The notes under the pieces: generated by a model | Told to the model about the DNA's origin: nothing | The model's input: only the letters and a program-made list of their open reading frames with translations | Database searches by the model: none | Position numbers and translations under genes: made by a program | Assembly: GCA_028867145.1 (NCBI GenBank) | Contig: JAGWGX010000002.1 | Location: 4,633-68,632 of the forward strand | DNA from: Candidatus Micrarchaeota archaeon | GTDB taxonomy: Archaea; Micrarchaeota; Micrarchaeia; Micrarchaeales; CABMGC01 | Reading direction: 5' to 3' | DNA: 64,000 nucleotides | Shown: piece by piece, positions 1 to 9,487 of the stretch | How positions within the stretch are numbered: the first letter of the stretch is position 1 | How the letters are laid out: each line of letters opens with the position of its first letter

Positions 1-885
1 GAAGACATCGGAAAGGACGGCGGGGTTTTCAGGGTTACCGATGGGCTTCAGGCAAAGTTTGGAGAGGGAAGGGTGATGGACACGCCTCTTGCAGAGTCCG
101 GAATAATCGGCGCTTCAATAGGAATGGCTCTTGCAGGCCTAAGGCCAGTTCCTGAAATTCAGTTTGCGGGATTCATGTTCCTAAGCTTTGGGCAACTGAT
201 AAATCACGCAGCAAGATACAGGAGCAGGAGCAGATCAACCTTCAAGGTTCCGATGGTGGTGAGGACACCGGTAAGCGGAGGAGTAAGGACGCTTGAGCAC
301 CACTCAGACAGCCCAGAGGCATACTACTCGCACATCGGAGGACTGATCGTTGTTGAGCCATCCACACCATATGATGCAAAGGGGCTCATGCTAAGGGCGC
401 TAAAGATGGACGACCCGGTGATGTTCCTTGAGCCGACAAAGCTCTACAGGCTCTTCAAGCAGGAAATACCCGACGAGGCATATGAGGTCGAGATCGGAAA
501 GGCAAACCTTGTGAAAGAGGGAGAGGACCTTAGCATAATCACATACGGAACGATGGTGAATGTCGTGCAGAGCGTTGTTGAAAAGAAGAAGCTCAATGCA
601 GACATACTTGACCTTAGAACAATCAATCCACTTGACGAGGAGGCAATACTAAAGAGCGTGAAGAAGACAGGAAAGGTGATCATCGTGCATGAGGCGTCGC
701 TTAGCTTCGGCCCAGGGGCAGAGATTGCGGCAAGAATTGCAGAGAAGGCAATCTTCGAGCTTGATGCACCAATAATGAGGGTCGCATCTGATAGCTTCCC
801 TTACCCGTTCCCGGGATACGAGAATTATTACATACCAAATGAGCTTAAAATTTCAAAGGCGATAGACAAACTACTTTCGCAGTGA
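1..885 (+). CDS. 2-oxoacid dehydrogenase E1 component, beta subunit (5' end outside window)
   Basis: Frame 1 is open from base 1 (EDIGKDGGVFRVTDGLQAKFGEGRVMDTPLAESGI...), the conserved E1-beta core, so the ATG at 73 is internal. E2 and E3 genes follow directly. Confidence 0.9.
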   Translation, partial: EDIGKDGGVFRVTDGLQAKFGEGRVMDTPLAESGIIGASIGMALAGLRPVPEIQFAGFMFLSFGQLINHAARYRSRSRSTFKVPMVVRTPVSGGVRTLEHHSDSPEAYYSHIGGLIVVEPSTPYDAKGLMLRALKMDDPVMFLEPTKLYRLFKQEIPDEAYEVEIGKANLVKEGEDLSIITYGTMVNVVQSVVEKKKLNADILDLRTINPLDEEAILKSVKKTGKVIIVHEASLSFGPGAEIAARIAEKAIFELDAPIMRVASDSFPYPFPGYENYYIPNELKISKAIDKLLSQ

Positions 886-889
886 TCAA

Positions 890-2128
890 ATGAAGGAGAT
901 AAAATTTGTGGATGTCGGGGAGGGAATTACCGAAGGGCATTTGCAGAAATGGCTGGTCAAGGACGGCGATACGGTGAAGGAGGACCAGACGCTTTTCCAG
1001 ATTGAGACAGACAAGGCGGTGGTAAACATACCTGCGCCGATAAACGGGATCGCAAAGATAGTCGCAAAAGAGGGGACAACGGTTCACTTAGGAGATTTGA
1101 TAGGAGTTGTTGGTACTGCAGATGAGGTAAAGAACGTTGGAGGAGCAGCTCCGGCTCCTGCAGGCCCGCCTTTTGCAAATAAGGAGAAGCCTGCTCAGAT
1201 GGCAGCTGCGCCTGCGGCGCCAGAAAAGCCAAAGGAGATCCTTGCAACGCCTGCGGTAAGAAAACTTGCCCGTGACCTCAATGTTGACCTGAAAAACATT
1301 GTCGGAACTGGGCCAGAAGGAAGAATACTTGAAAATGATATTAGGGGCACTGCGCATGAAGCAGTGCTAACAACAAGACCGATTCCAAAGTACTCGGAGG
1401 CGCTTGAGGAGCAGCACACGGACAAGATTGAAAGAATACCGATGAGCTACACAAGAAAGACGATTGCAAAGAACATGGAGGCCTCATGGACAATTCCAAG
1501 GGCAGTTCACATGGACTTAATTGACGCGACAGAGCTCTGGGCAATTGTGCAGAAGGAAAAGCCAAAGGTGGAGAAGGAGTTTGGAGTGAAGCTCACCTTT
1601 TTGCCATATATAATAAAGGCGGTCATAGCTGCGCTAAAGGAAAGTGGTAACGAAAGGTTCAACTCAAGCTACGACCATGAGAAGTTTGAGATTATTTTGA
1701 AGAGGTACTACAACATTGGTCTTGCTGCGGAGACGCCTGATGGGCTAAAGGTGATTGTGGTGAAGGATGCTGACAAGAAGAGCATCCTCGAGCTTGCAAA
1801 GGAGATAAAGGAGCTAAGCGAGAGGCTTAGGAACAACACGATAAAGATAGAGGAGATGCGCGACAGCACATTCACCATAACAAATATCGGAAGCCTTGGC
1901 GGAGGATATCTTTCAGTGCCGATGATCAACTACCCAGAGGTAGGGATACTTGGAATACACCTGATAAGGGATACACCAGTTGTTAAGGGAGGGCAAATTG
2001 TGATTGGAAAGCAACTTCCATTCTCGCTCACATTTGACCACAGGGTGGTTGACGGTGCGGAGGCAGTTCATTTTGGAAATGCGCTTATAAAATATCTTGA
2101 GGACCCAGACTTCCTTGAGATGATGTAG
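890..2128 (+). CDS. dihydrolipoamide acyltransferase (E2) of 2-oxoacid dehydrogenase complex
   Basis: N-terminal lipoyl domain (IETDKAVVNIPAP), Ala/Pro-rich linker, subunit-binding domain (ATPAVRKLARDLNVDL), catalytic domain with DHRVVDGA. Confidence 0.92.
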   Translation: MKEIKFVDVGEGITEGHLQKWLVKDGDTVKEDQTLFQIETDKAVVNIPAPINGIAKIVAKEGTTVHLGDLIGVVGTADEVKNVGGAAPAPAGPPFANKEKPAQMAAAPAAPEKPKEILATPAVRKLARDLNVDLKNIVGTGPEGRILENDIRGTAHEAVLTTRPIPKYSEALEEQHTDKIERIPMSYTRKTIAKNMEASWTIPRAVHMDLIDATELWAIVQKEKPKVEKEFGVKLTFLPYIIKAVIAALKESGNERFNSSYDHEKFEIILKRYYNIGLAAETPDGLKVIVVKDADKKSILELAKEIKELSERLRNNTIKIEEMRDSTFTITNIGSLGGGYLSVPMINYPEVGILGIHLIRDTPVVKGGQIVIGKQLPFSLTFDHRVVDGAEAVHFGNALIKYLEDPDFLEMM

Positions 2129-2136
2129 GTGCAACT

Positions 2137-3507
2137 ATGGTAATGGGATCCCTGCCAGAGCAAGTAGACTTGGCGGTTATTGGCGGAGGAGTGGGAGGAT
2201 ATGTTGCAGCAATAAGGGCCTCGCAGCTAGGCCTCAATGTTGCAATAGTCGAGAAGAACAGGCTTGGCGGCCACTGCCTAAACTACGCCTGCATTCCCTC
2301 AAAGACACTAATACACATTGCGGATATTTTCTACGACTTGCAGCACTCGCAAAAATTCGGGATAAATGTGCAGGGCGCGAGCATAGATGCGAAGGTTCTT
2401 TTGAAATGGAGAACTGACGTCTCAGCAAAGCTCGAAAATGGCGTAGACTCGCTTCTAAAACTAAACCAAGTGGAGATAGTGAAGGGAACCGCAACCTTCC
2501 TTAACTCAAATACTTTGCAGCTAACCAACGGGACCTCGCTTGACTTCAAGAAGGCACTTATTGCAACGGGGTCTGAGCCCACCACCATACCTGGATTTGC
2601 GTTCGCAGGAAACGTGATTGACTACAAGCAGGCGCTCTCACTTGCTTTCATCCCAAAGACGATGGTGATAATCGGCGCTGGATATGTTGCGGTTGAGATT
2701 GGAACGCTTTTTGCAAAGTTCGGGACAAAGGTGAGCATAGTTGCAAGGACAGACGTTCTCTCAAAGTTTGACAGGGATGCTGTGCAGCTGGTTAAGAGCA
2801 GGATGGAGGAGCTTGGGGTAAGGGTATACCTCAATTCGACTCCGACAGCGCATGACGCGAGCTCTGTGACGCTTGCGAGCGGGGAGAAGATCGACTCGGA
2901 GATAATTGTGGTAGCAATAGGCCTAAAGCCCTACACCGAGGGGCTTGGACTTGAAAACACAAAGGTAAAGCTTGACGAGAAGGGTTTCATAACAATTGAT
3001 GAGAGAATGCTCACCGCAGACCCAAGCATTTTTGCGGTGGGGGATGTGGTGGGCGAGCCGATGCTTGCGCACAAAGCAATAAGGCAGGGAACCGTTGCGG
3101 GAGAGGTTGCAGCAGGGGAGAAATCCGCATACGACAATGTTGTGGTGCCTGCTGTGATTTTCTCGGATCCTGAAATTGCAATTGCGGGAAGAATCGAGGG
3201 GGAGGGATTAAAGGTTACCAAGTTCCCGCTTAGCGCGCTTGGCAGGGCAATAGCGCTTGATTCGACAAAGGGCTTTGTGAAGATTGCTTCAAAGGAAAAT
3301 GGAATAGTGAAAGGGATCGAGATAGTTTCCGCGGAGGCAAGCTCGATGATATCGGAAGCCGCGCTTGCAATAGAGATGGGAGCGACGCTTGAGGACATTG
3401 CAGACACAATACATCCGCACCCTACATACAGCGAGGCGATTCAGGAGGCGGCGGAAGCCGCACTTGGCAGACCGCTTCACTTTTTCTATCCAAAGAAGAA
3501 GGAGTGA
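2137..3507 (+). CDS. lpdA: dihydrolipoyl dehydrogenase (E3)
   Basis: FAD fold GGGVGGYVAA, redox disulfide GGHCLNYACIPSK, NAD fold IIGAGYVAVE, C-terminal HPHPTYSE interface motif. Confidence 0.92.
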   Translation: MVMGSLPEQVDLAVIGGGVGGYVAAIRASQLGLNVAIVEKNRLGGHCLNYACIPSKTLIHIADIFYDLQHSQKFGINVQGASIDAKVLLKWRTDVSAKLENGVDSLLKLNQVEIVKGTATFLNSNTLQLTNGTSLDFKKALIATGSEPTTIPGFAFAGNVIDYKQALSLAFIPKTMVIIGAGYVAVEIGTLFAKFGTKVSIVARTDVLSKFDRDAVQLVKSRMEELGVRVYLNSTPTAHDASSVTLASGEKIDSEIIVVAIGLKPYTEGLGLENTKVKLDEKGFITIDERMLTADPSIFAVGDVVGEPMLAHKAIRQGTVAGEVAAGEKSAYDNVVVPAVIFSDPEIAIAGRIEGEGLKVTKFPLSALGRAIALDSTKGFVKIASKENGIVKGIEIVSAEASSMISEAALAIEMGATLEDIADTIHPHPTYSEAIQEAAEAALGRPLHFFYPKKKE

Positions 3508-3511
3508 ATCA

Positions 3512-4240
3512 ATGGATTACAATTTGGATTTCAGGGAGGGGTATGTTGACACCTCCCTTGGAAAGATTCATTTCAGAAGGCACGAGGCAGGCGGTAGGAA
3601 GCTGCTTTTCATCCATGGGCTTGGTGGGACGACAAAGGCCTGGTCAAGGCTGATGAGTTTCATGCCAGCCGAATTTGACATAACACTGCTTGACCTGCTC
3701 GGGCACGGAAAGAGCGACTCGCCCAAGATAGAGTACAGGATAGGCGAGCAGGTTCAGGCGCTCATGGAGTTCATTTCAGCCCAAAATATTCCTGAGAGCT
3801 GCATTGTGGGCCATTCGTATGGGGGATGGATTGCTGCAGCATATGCCTCAAATCCCTATCCTGCAGGCGGCATTGTGCTAGTTGACAGCGCGGGGCTTGA
3901 GGCAGAGGAGGAAGCGTTTGTGAAGATGCTTGAGGGACACGAGTACAAGGAAAAGTTCATCAGGGAGCTGCTCACTTTCGGAAACAACGAGGGGATAATG
4001 AGGAAGATACTCAGCGTAAGCCAAAAAGAGGAGCTAAGCGACGCAATCTTGCAGAAAATAAAAAAGCGGACGCTGATTGTTTGGGGAAAACTTGATGATA
4101 GGGTGAATGTCAAATATGCGTTTCTCTTCAACCAAAAAATTAGCGGGAGCGAACTCGAGATCATAGAAAATGCTGGACACGATCCGCATTACACAACTCC
4201 TGAGAGATTTGCTGAACTTGTAATTCGCTTTGTGAAATGA
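3512..4240 (+). CDS. alpha/beta-fold serine hydrolase
   Basis: The ORF track starts at 3389 inside lpdA. ATG 3512 sits 4 nt after the lpdA stop, behind GGAGTGA. HGLGG oxyanion motif, nucleophile elbow GHSYGG, C-terminal GHDPH. Confidence 0.8.
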   Translation: MDYNLDFREGYVDTSLGKIHFRRHEAGGRKLLFIHGLGGTTKAWSRLMSFMPAEFDITLLDLLGHGKSDSPKIEYRIGEQVQALMEFISAQNIPESCIVGHSYGGWIAAAYASNPYPAGGIVLVDSAGLEAEEEAFVKMLEGHEYKEKFIRELLTFGNNEGIMRKILSVSQKEELSDAILQKIKKRTLIVWGKLDDRVNVKYAFLFNQKISGSELEIIENAGHDPHYTTPERFAELVIRFVK

Positions 4241-4242
4241 AA

Positions 4243-5223
4243 CTAGCGAACTCGTATCTCACTCGCCTTCCCAAAATAGGTTTTCTTATCCGTGAGCTGC
4301 ATTGCAAGCTTGTTCTTCTCCGACTCTGTTTTCCTAAGCTGCTCAAAAAGATCCTTACTTATCGGAGAGAGCTTGGGGTCGGAAACTAGTATCTTTCCAA
4401 CTTTTTCAATTAGGTAGTTGTAGATTGTCTGATCCTCATTCCTGCAAAAATCAAGCGGGGTCTTATTGCTCCTGTTTGCAGCTTCGCACATCTTGACAAA
4501 TTCAGCGGGGCTGTGGCTCTCAAGATGGTCAACCATTGCATGTATCTTGGTGTGCTCCGTGCCCATAACCTTCTCTTCTATATGCGTCTCGTGGGTCAAA
4601 AGAGCGAGGGTGTGAATAGAATTCCACTTGTTCTCATTTTGGTGACTTGACAGGTCTGTTCCGCCAACCTCCTTTATTTTGTGCAGGGTTCTTTGGAGGG
4701 CTAGCGCAAGCTTCTTTTTGATAAGTATGTGGACAAGATAGTTGCCTCCTCCGTTTATCGGCTTTTTTAATATTGAGGGATCATGAGCACAGTAGAGGTC
4801 AAAGACATTGTTGGCTCCATGCTCAAGTGAGATCACGACTGGGGAATCCTGAACTGTTATCTTAGGAGAGTAAAGGGGGTCGGCACCTTTTTTGATGGCA
4901 AAATCTATCCTCTTTACATTTCTTGAGTTCTTTGATAGAATCTGAAGCAGCGATTCGTTGTTGTGGGCTGCGTGGTTGAAGTCCTTCACGAAATTGAAGA
5001 GCAGAAGGTCTGCAACATCGACCTGATCGTGCCGATACGCCTTCGCCGCAACGCGCATTACCTGCCTGTTTAGCCTGGCGGCAGCCAAGGTCTCATCCGG
5101 GTAAGAATAGTTTTTTCTCTCGACCATCTCCTTTATCTTAAGCGCAATCGAGGTGATCTCCTTTGTTTGGTCATTGTCCAGAGCGTACTCTAGTTCCTTC
5201 AAAAATAGACTTGTTTCAACCAT
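4243..5223 (-). CDS. hypothetical protein with degenerate ankyrin-like repeats
   Basis: 326-aa ORF. Several about 33-aa segments resemble ANK repeats (IKKGADPLYSP, SLEHGANNVFDL, NKTPLDFCRNEDQTIYNYLIEK). No other recognisable motif. Confidence 0.45.
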   Translation of the reverse strand: MVETSLFLKELEYALDNDQTKEITSIALKIKEMVERKNYSYPDETLAAARLNRQVMRVAAKAYRHDQVDVADLLLFNFVKDFNHAAHNNESLLQILSKNSRNVKRIDFAIKKGADPLYSPKITVQDSPVVISLEHGANNVFDLYCAHDPSILKKPINGGGNYLVHILIKKKLALALQRTLHKIKEVGGTDLSSHQNENKWNSIHTLALLTHETHIEEKVMGTEHTKIHAMVDHLESHSPAEFVKMCEAANRSNKTPLDFCRNEDQTIYNYLIEKVGKILVSDPKLSPISKDLFEQLRKTESEKNKLAMQLTDKKTYFGKASEIRVR

Positions 5224-5314
5224 TCAGCATACCAAGAGCAAATTGAATTGACATTTTGATGAGCTACATATGGCACAACTTAAAATAAAAAGCTTTTCCA
5301 AAATGCAAATACAC

Positions 5315-5911
5315 CTAGGCACCGCTGCCATCGCGCACCAACTTCAACATTGAGACAATGGGACCCATGTCAAGGCCTTCTAAACTAATGGCTACATCGT
5401 AAAATATCTCCCTTTCACACGATATTCCTCCGCCCCTTGGATCCTCGACCGCTAGTACTTCCTTCATTTTTGCGGAGACAAGATTCTCGCGAATCTCTAG
5501 TATTTCATTAAGATAAAGCCGATCTATGCTCTCAAGGACGTGGAAACCTATCTCCTTTGTTGGCTCGCTTCGAAGGGGAAATGCAACGGGAGCTCTTTCA
5601 TCTGGATACACAACCCTGCTGCCTGAAGGAAAAAGTGTTATTTCAGGAGCTCTAACGCCCGAATCTCTAAGCTTGTCCAAAAGCAGCTTGAGTATGAGGA
5701 TTTCCGGACGCCTATCCTTCAGGTTTGTGTGCTCCTGATTCGGACGGGCAGCAAAAAAAGTAAGGAAGTGGGGAGTCTTATTCTCTTCAATTCGCGTGCA
5801 GATTGATACCCAACCATTGTTGACTTTTAGTGGATCTTGCTTAATTTGGGAGTCATAATCATAATCGGTTATTCTTCGACCATACGAGACTTTTGGTTTT
5901 GAGCTTAGCAT
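5315..5911 (-). CDS. hypothetical protein
   Basis: 198-aa ORF with balanced composition. TATA-like CATTTAAATAC at 5930-5940, about 25 nt upstream on the minus strand. No family recognised. Confidence 0.5.
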   Translation of the reverse strand: MLSSKPKVSYGRRITDYDYDSQIKQDPLKVNNGWVSICTRIEENKTPHFLTFFAARPNQEHTNLKDRRPEILILKLLLDKLRDSGVRAPEITLFPSGSRVVYPDERAPVAFPLRSEPTKEIGFHVLESIDRLYLNEILEIRENLVSAKMKEVLAVEDPRGGGISCEREIFYDVAISLEGLDMGPIVSMLKLVRDGSGA

Positions 5912-6053
5912 AGCCAGTTTGTAGCGAGAGCCATTTAAATACTTTAATCAGTATTTGTTTTGCTTAATTTTCGAGACCCAAAAAACAAAAGTGGAAGGCT
6001 CAGATTACTAGAGAGTGTTAATAAATCTTTTTGATTATAACTGAACGTTTAAA

Positions 6054-6350
6054 ATGCACCCGTCGAACTTGTACAGGATCTCGAAAGTGAAGAAGATAAT
6101 TGAGTTTGTAGCATATGGCTCCCTTATCCTTGACTTTGCAATCAGCGTCGTCACGCTCGTCTCGATCAACTCGCACCAGCAAAGCCTTTTGGGGCTCCAG
6201 CAATTCCTAAACATCGCGCTGAGCGGAGTGATAATAATCACCACCATACTCTTCCTCACTGTGGTCTTCCTATCTCAGTACGACAAGATAGTCTACCACT
6301 TTGCCCAAACTGGCATAACGGTCAAGTACAGAAAGAGAAGGGAGTGGTAA
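6054..6350 (+). CDS. small membrane protein, hypothetical
   Basis: 98-aa ORF with two hydrophobic helices (FVAYGSLILDFAISVVTLV, ALSGVIIITTILFLTVVFL) and a basic C-terminus. Confidence 0.45.
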   Translation: MHPSNLYRISKVKKIIEFVAYGSLILDFAISVVTLVSINSHQQSLLGLQQFLNIALSGVIIITTILFLTVVFLSQYDKIVYHFAQTGITVKYRKRREW

Positions 6351-6352
6351 AA

Positions 6353-7021
6353 CTAGTGCACCGGGAAGCCGTGCACCAACCCTGACTGGAAGATGCTGCC
6401 AACGAACCCGAAAATTATCAGGAGCACCACCGTTATTATTGCCGCGACTGTTATCAGGACTGCGGCTGCAGCGCCGAGCCTTGTGGTCTTCTGCTGGACT
6501 GAAAGCGCAATTACCAGCACTACATACTGCCAAATCCCCACAAGCACAATGTAGAGGAAATTTAAGCCTGGGACCGCAAGCAGCCAGTAGAGCATGAGGG
6601 CTGGCAACTCTGCCATCATGACTGCGGTGAAAGTCTTATCGTAGCTCCCCTTCCATACGTTGAGGAAAACCTTCCCAACTACCTGATAGAAGAACGAGTT
6701 TATCGCAATCCCAAGTGGAATTGCCACCCAAAGGGTGAAGATTGCGGTAATCAAGATGAGCGGAATCGAGATTGCTGACGAGAAGAAGGTGCTAAAAGAG
6801 GAGAGAACGGAGGAGACCGGCGATAGGCCAACCTCTATGATGATTATGCTTATCGCAACGTAGAGCAAAAACGGGATTACGCTCAGCTTGTAGTAGATTT
6901 TTATCGCCTCTCCTGCCGAAAGGCTTCGCTTTGCGGCAGTTGCCGGCCTGGTCATTACCTCGTATCCGAACCTTAGTCCATCCATGAACTTCATGATATC
7001 CCTAACAAGATGCTTGCTCAC
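6353..7021 (-). CDS. multi-pass membrane protein (Yip1-domain-like), hypothetical
   Basis: 222-aa ORF with a soluble N-terminus followed by about 5 hydrophobic helices. The Yip1-like assignment rests on architecture only. Confidence 0.5.
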   Translation of the reverse strand: MSKHLVRDIMKFMDGLRFGYEVMTRPATAAKRSLSAGEAIKIYYKLSVIPFLLYVAISIIIIEVGLSPVSSVLSSFSTFFSSAISIPLILITAIFTLWVAIPLGIAINSFFYQVVGKVFLNVWKGSYDKTFTAVMMAELPALMLYWLLAVPGLNFLYIVLVGIWQYVVLVIALSVQQKTTRLGAAAAVLITVAAIITVVLLIIFGFVGSIFQSGLVHGFPVH

Positions 7022-7077
7022 TAAATGTTTATATACAATGGGGAAATTGGCCGCAGACGCCGAAATTGCATGAATAG

Positions 7078-7088
7078 TTTTAAATATT
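7078..7088 (+). promoter_or_regulatory. TATA-like box upstream of 7115 gene
   Basis: TTTTAAATATT lies about 30 nt upstream of ATG 7115, the spacing expected for an archaeal promoter with a very short leader. Confidence 0.35.
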
Positions 7089-7114
7089 CCCTTTTGGATA
7101 AAATATGAGATAAA

Positions 7115-8368
7115 ATGGCAAGGGGAAAGGCAACACCAAAGGACAAGAGCGAGAGGCTTCTAGTGCTAGCCATTGACATCGACAACGACCTTTACAGAAA
7201 GACGGGAATTAGCGGCCCTGTTATGGGAAGGGTGCAGAACCTAAACGCCGCAAACCAGCTAATACTTGCAGACCCGGAGGACACGGACGGAAACACGATG
7301 TTCCAGGCGGTCAAGACCTACGATGACCTCAAAAAGCAGGGCTACTCGGTTAATATTGCCACAATAACCGGCACAGAGACGGAAGGGTACGATGCGGACA
7401 GGGAGATATCGCGCCAGCTAGACCTCGTCTTGTCTAGCTACAAGGTGGATGCGTGCGTCTTCATAACCGACGGGGCAAGCGACAACAGGGTCCTCCCGCT
7501 CGTCGAATCAAGGACTAAGATAAACAGCGTGAAGATAGTCACGGTCAAGCAGGCAAAGGAGCTTGAGAACACCTACTTTGTGATACTTGAAAAGCTCAAG
7601 GAGCCCCACTACGCAAGGATTGTCTTTGGGATACCCGCTATGCTGCTCATACTTTTTGCGATAAGCTACTCAATCGGTGTCGGATGGCAATTGCCCGCGG
7701 CCTTGATTGGAATCTACCTCATTATGAAGGCATTTGGGCTGGAGGATGTGCTAATAGAGTCGTTCAAGGGCTTTGGGTTTAGCGTTGAGAGAATCAGCTT
7801 TGTCTTTTACCTTAGCGCGATAATCTTCTTCCTTGCAAGCATACTAATCGCCTACGGGAACTACTCAAACCAGCTCTCGCTTGGCTCAAGCAACGTCCTA
7901 ATCAACATAGCATACACGGTCGAGGGATTTTTGCTACTCTTCCCGGTGATGCTAATACTGTACCTTCTGGGCAGAATCTTTGACGCGAAGAACAGCAGGT
8001 ACCTGTTCAGGAACTTCAAGTATGGGACTTACATAGGCTCGACTATAATTCTCTGGGTGCTCACATACGCGTTCGTCGCATGGGTGATAGGGCAGATTTA
8101 CTTTGGCGACCTGCTCTGGTACGCGTTCGGGGCGATACTGATTGGAATAGTTATAACGACCGCGACGAACTTCCTAAGGCTCCAGGCGCTTAGGACAAAG
8201 AGAATGAAGGACAAGGTGGTGGTGAACGAGCTTGGCACCCTGATCGGAAAGGTCTCGGGAATTGACATGAAGCGAGGCTCTATTATAATCAACACTAGCT
8301 TTGGGAACCCGATAAGGTACAGCGTCGACAGGATAGTTGACGTCTCAAACAGGGTAGTGATAAAGTAA
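7115..8368 (+). CDS. archaeal integral membrane protein, DUF373-like
   Basis: N-terminal soluble domain (LVLAIDIDNDLYRKTGISGPVMGR...ADPEDTDGN...ITDGASDNRVLP) followed by about 7 TM helices. Matches my memory of the archaeal DUF373 family. Confidence 0.6.
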   Translation: MARGKATPKDKSERLLVLAIDIDNDLYRKTGISGPVMGRVQNLNAANQLILADPEDTDGNTMFQAVKTYDDLKKQGYSVNIATITGTETEGYDADREISRQLDLVLSSYKVDACVFITDGASDNRVLPLVESRTKINSVKIVTVKQAKELENTYFVILEKLKEPHYARIVFGIPAMLLILFAISYSIGVGWQLPAALIGIYLIMKAFGLEDVLIESFKGFGFSVERISFVFYLSAIIFFLASILIAYGNYSNQLSLGSSNVLINIAYTVEGFLLLFPVMLILYLLGRIFDAKNSRYLFRNFKYGTYIGSTIILWVLTYAFVAWVIGQIYFGDLLWYAFGAILIGIVITTATNFLRLQALRTKRMKDKVVVNELGTLIGKVSGIDMKRGSIIINTSFGNPIRYSVDRIVDVSNRVVIK

Positions 8369-8372
8369 GGGA

Positions 8373-8813
8373 TTAATCTCTCTTTATAACCTTCAACTTT
8401 CCAATATCCTCAAAGCTCATTTTGGCCCACTTTGTCTCTGCTTTTCTAATAAGCGACTGATAGGTAGGGAACAGATCCACTACAACTTTACCCAACTCTG
8501 TCTGTTCAAAATATCCTGGGATTTCTGGATGTTCTTTTATGAGCTTTTTCTCCAATAAGTCTCGATTTATGTAAGGTGGAGTTCTATAGCCAATCGCCTC
8601 AGTCTTGTGCCAAAGCACTTTAGGATAATAATCCTTCTGTCCCGACTCGAAGAGAGCCTGATAATGCTCTGCAGTAAGCTCGGACGGCCTTGACGGAGCC
8701 TTTCTCATTTCATCCAAACGATATGCCATATTCCTCAATAAATAGTGCTCATTTTTGCTATTTATACCTTGATTTAGGATTCGTTTCCTGGCATTTGGGC
8801 GGACTTTGGCCAT
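8373..8813 (-). CDS. hypothetical protein
   Basis: 146-aa ORF, basic N-terminus, no recognisable motif. TATA-like TATTTAAAG about 25-34 nt upstream on the minus strand. Confidence 0.45.
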   Translation of the reverse strand: MAKVRPNARKRILNQGINSKNEHYLLRNMAYRLDEMRKAPSRPSELTAEHYQALFESGQKDYYPKVLWHKTEAIGYRTPPYINRDLLEKKLIKEHPEIPGYFEQTELGKVVVDLFPTYQSLIRKAETKWAKMSFEDIGKLKVIKRD

Positions 8814-8884
8814 CCGCTTTCTGGAATTGGGACAAGCTTTAAATACTTGATTGGATATAAAAATGTCTACACAGAAAGACTCTC

Positions 8885-9181
8885 ATGGAGTACAACAACA
8901 GGAACATCGTTCTTGGTGAACTCATCGGTCTGAAAGCCAAAGTGATAAAGTGCCTGGACAAAAAACAGGCTGGGCTGGAAGGCTTAATCGTGGATGAAAC
9001 AAAAAACATGTTTTTCTTCGAGACAAAACATGGAACCAAGAAGGTTGTGAAGGCAACGGCAACATTTCGGTTTTACGCCGATAAGAAGTCGTATGTGGTC
9101 AAGGGGGATGAAATAAGCTTCCGCCCCGAGGATCGCATAGAAAAGGGCCTGAAGTACTACAGAAAGAGGCAACAAAAGTGA
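8885..9181 (+). CDS. rnp1: RNase P protein component 1 (Rpp29/Pop4)
   Basis: ELIGLKAKVIKCLDKKQAGLEGLIVDETKNMFFFETKHG is the Rpp29 signature. It occupies the conserved position immediately upstream of S17. Confidence 0.85.
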   Translation: MEYNNRNIVLGELIGLKAKVIKCLDKKQAGLEGLIVDETKNMFFFETKHGTKKVVKATATFRFYADKKSYVVKGDEISFRPEDRIEKGLKYYRKRQQK

Positions 9182-9185
9182 TGTA

Positions 9186-9479
9186 TTGACTTGCGAAGAT
9201 CCAAAGTGCGCTATTCACGGGGGACTTAAGACTAGAGGAGCTGAGTTCACAGGCAAGATAGTGAGCGCAAAGGCAAAGAAGACAGCAATTGTGGAGAGGG
9301 ATTACACAAGGTATATTTACAAGTACGAAAGGTACCTCAGAAAGAGATCAAGGATACCGGCCCACAACCCAGAGTGCATTGGCGCAAAGGAGGGGGACAT
9401 GGTGAAGATCGCTGAGAGCAGAAAGCTTAGCAAGACCAAGAACTTTGTAATAACCGCGGTAGTAAAGAAGGAAGAGTAA
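9186..9479 (+). CDS. rps17: 30S ribosomal protein S17 (uS17)
   Basis: TTG start. GLKTRGAEFTGKIVSAKAKKTAIVERDY... is typical uS17. Conserved operon position. Confidence 0.9.
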   Translation: MTCEDPKCAIHGGLKTRGAEFTGKIVSAKAKKTAIVERDYTRYIYKYERYLRKRSRIPAHNPECIGAKEGDMVKIAESRKLSKTKNFVITAVVKKEE

Positions 9480-9487
9480 GTGATTTT

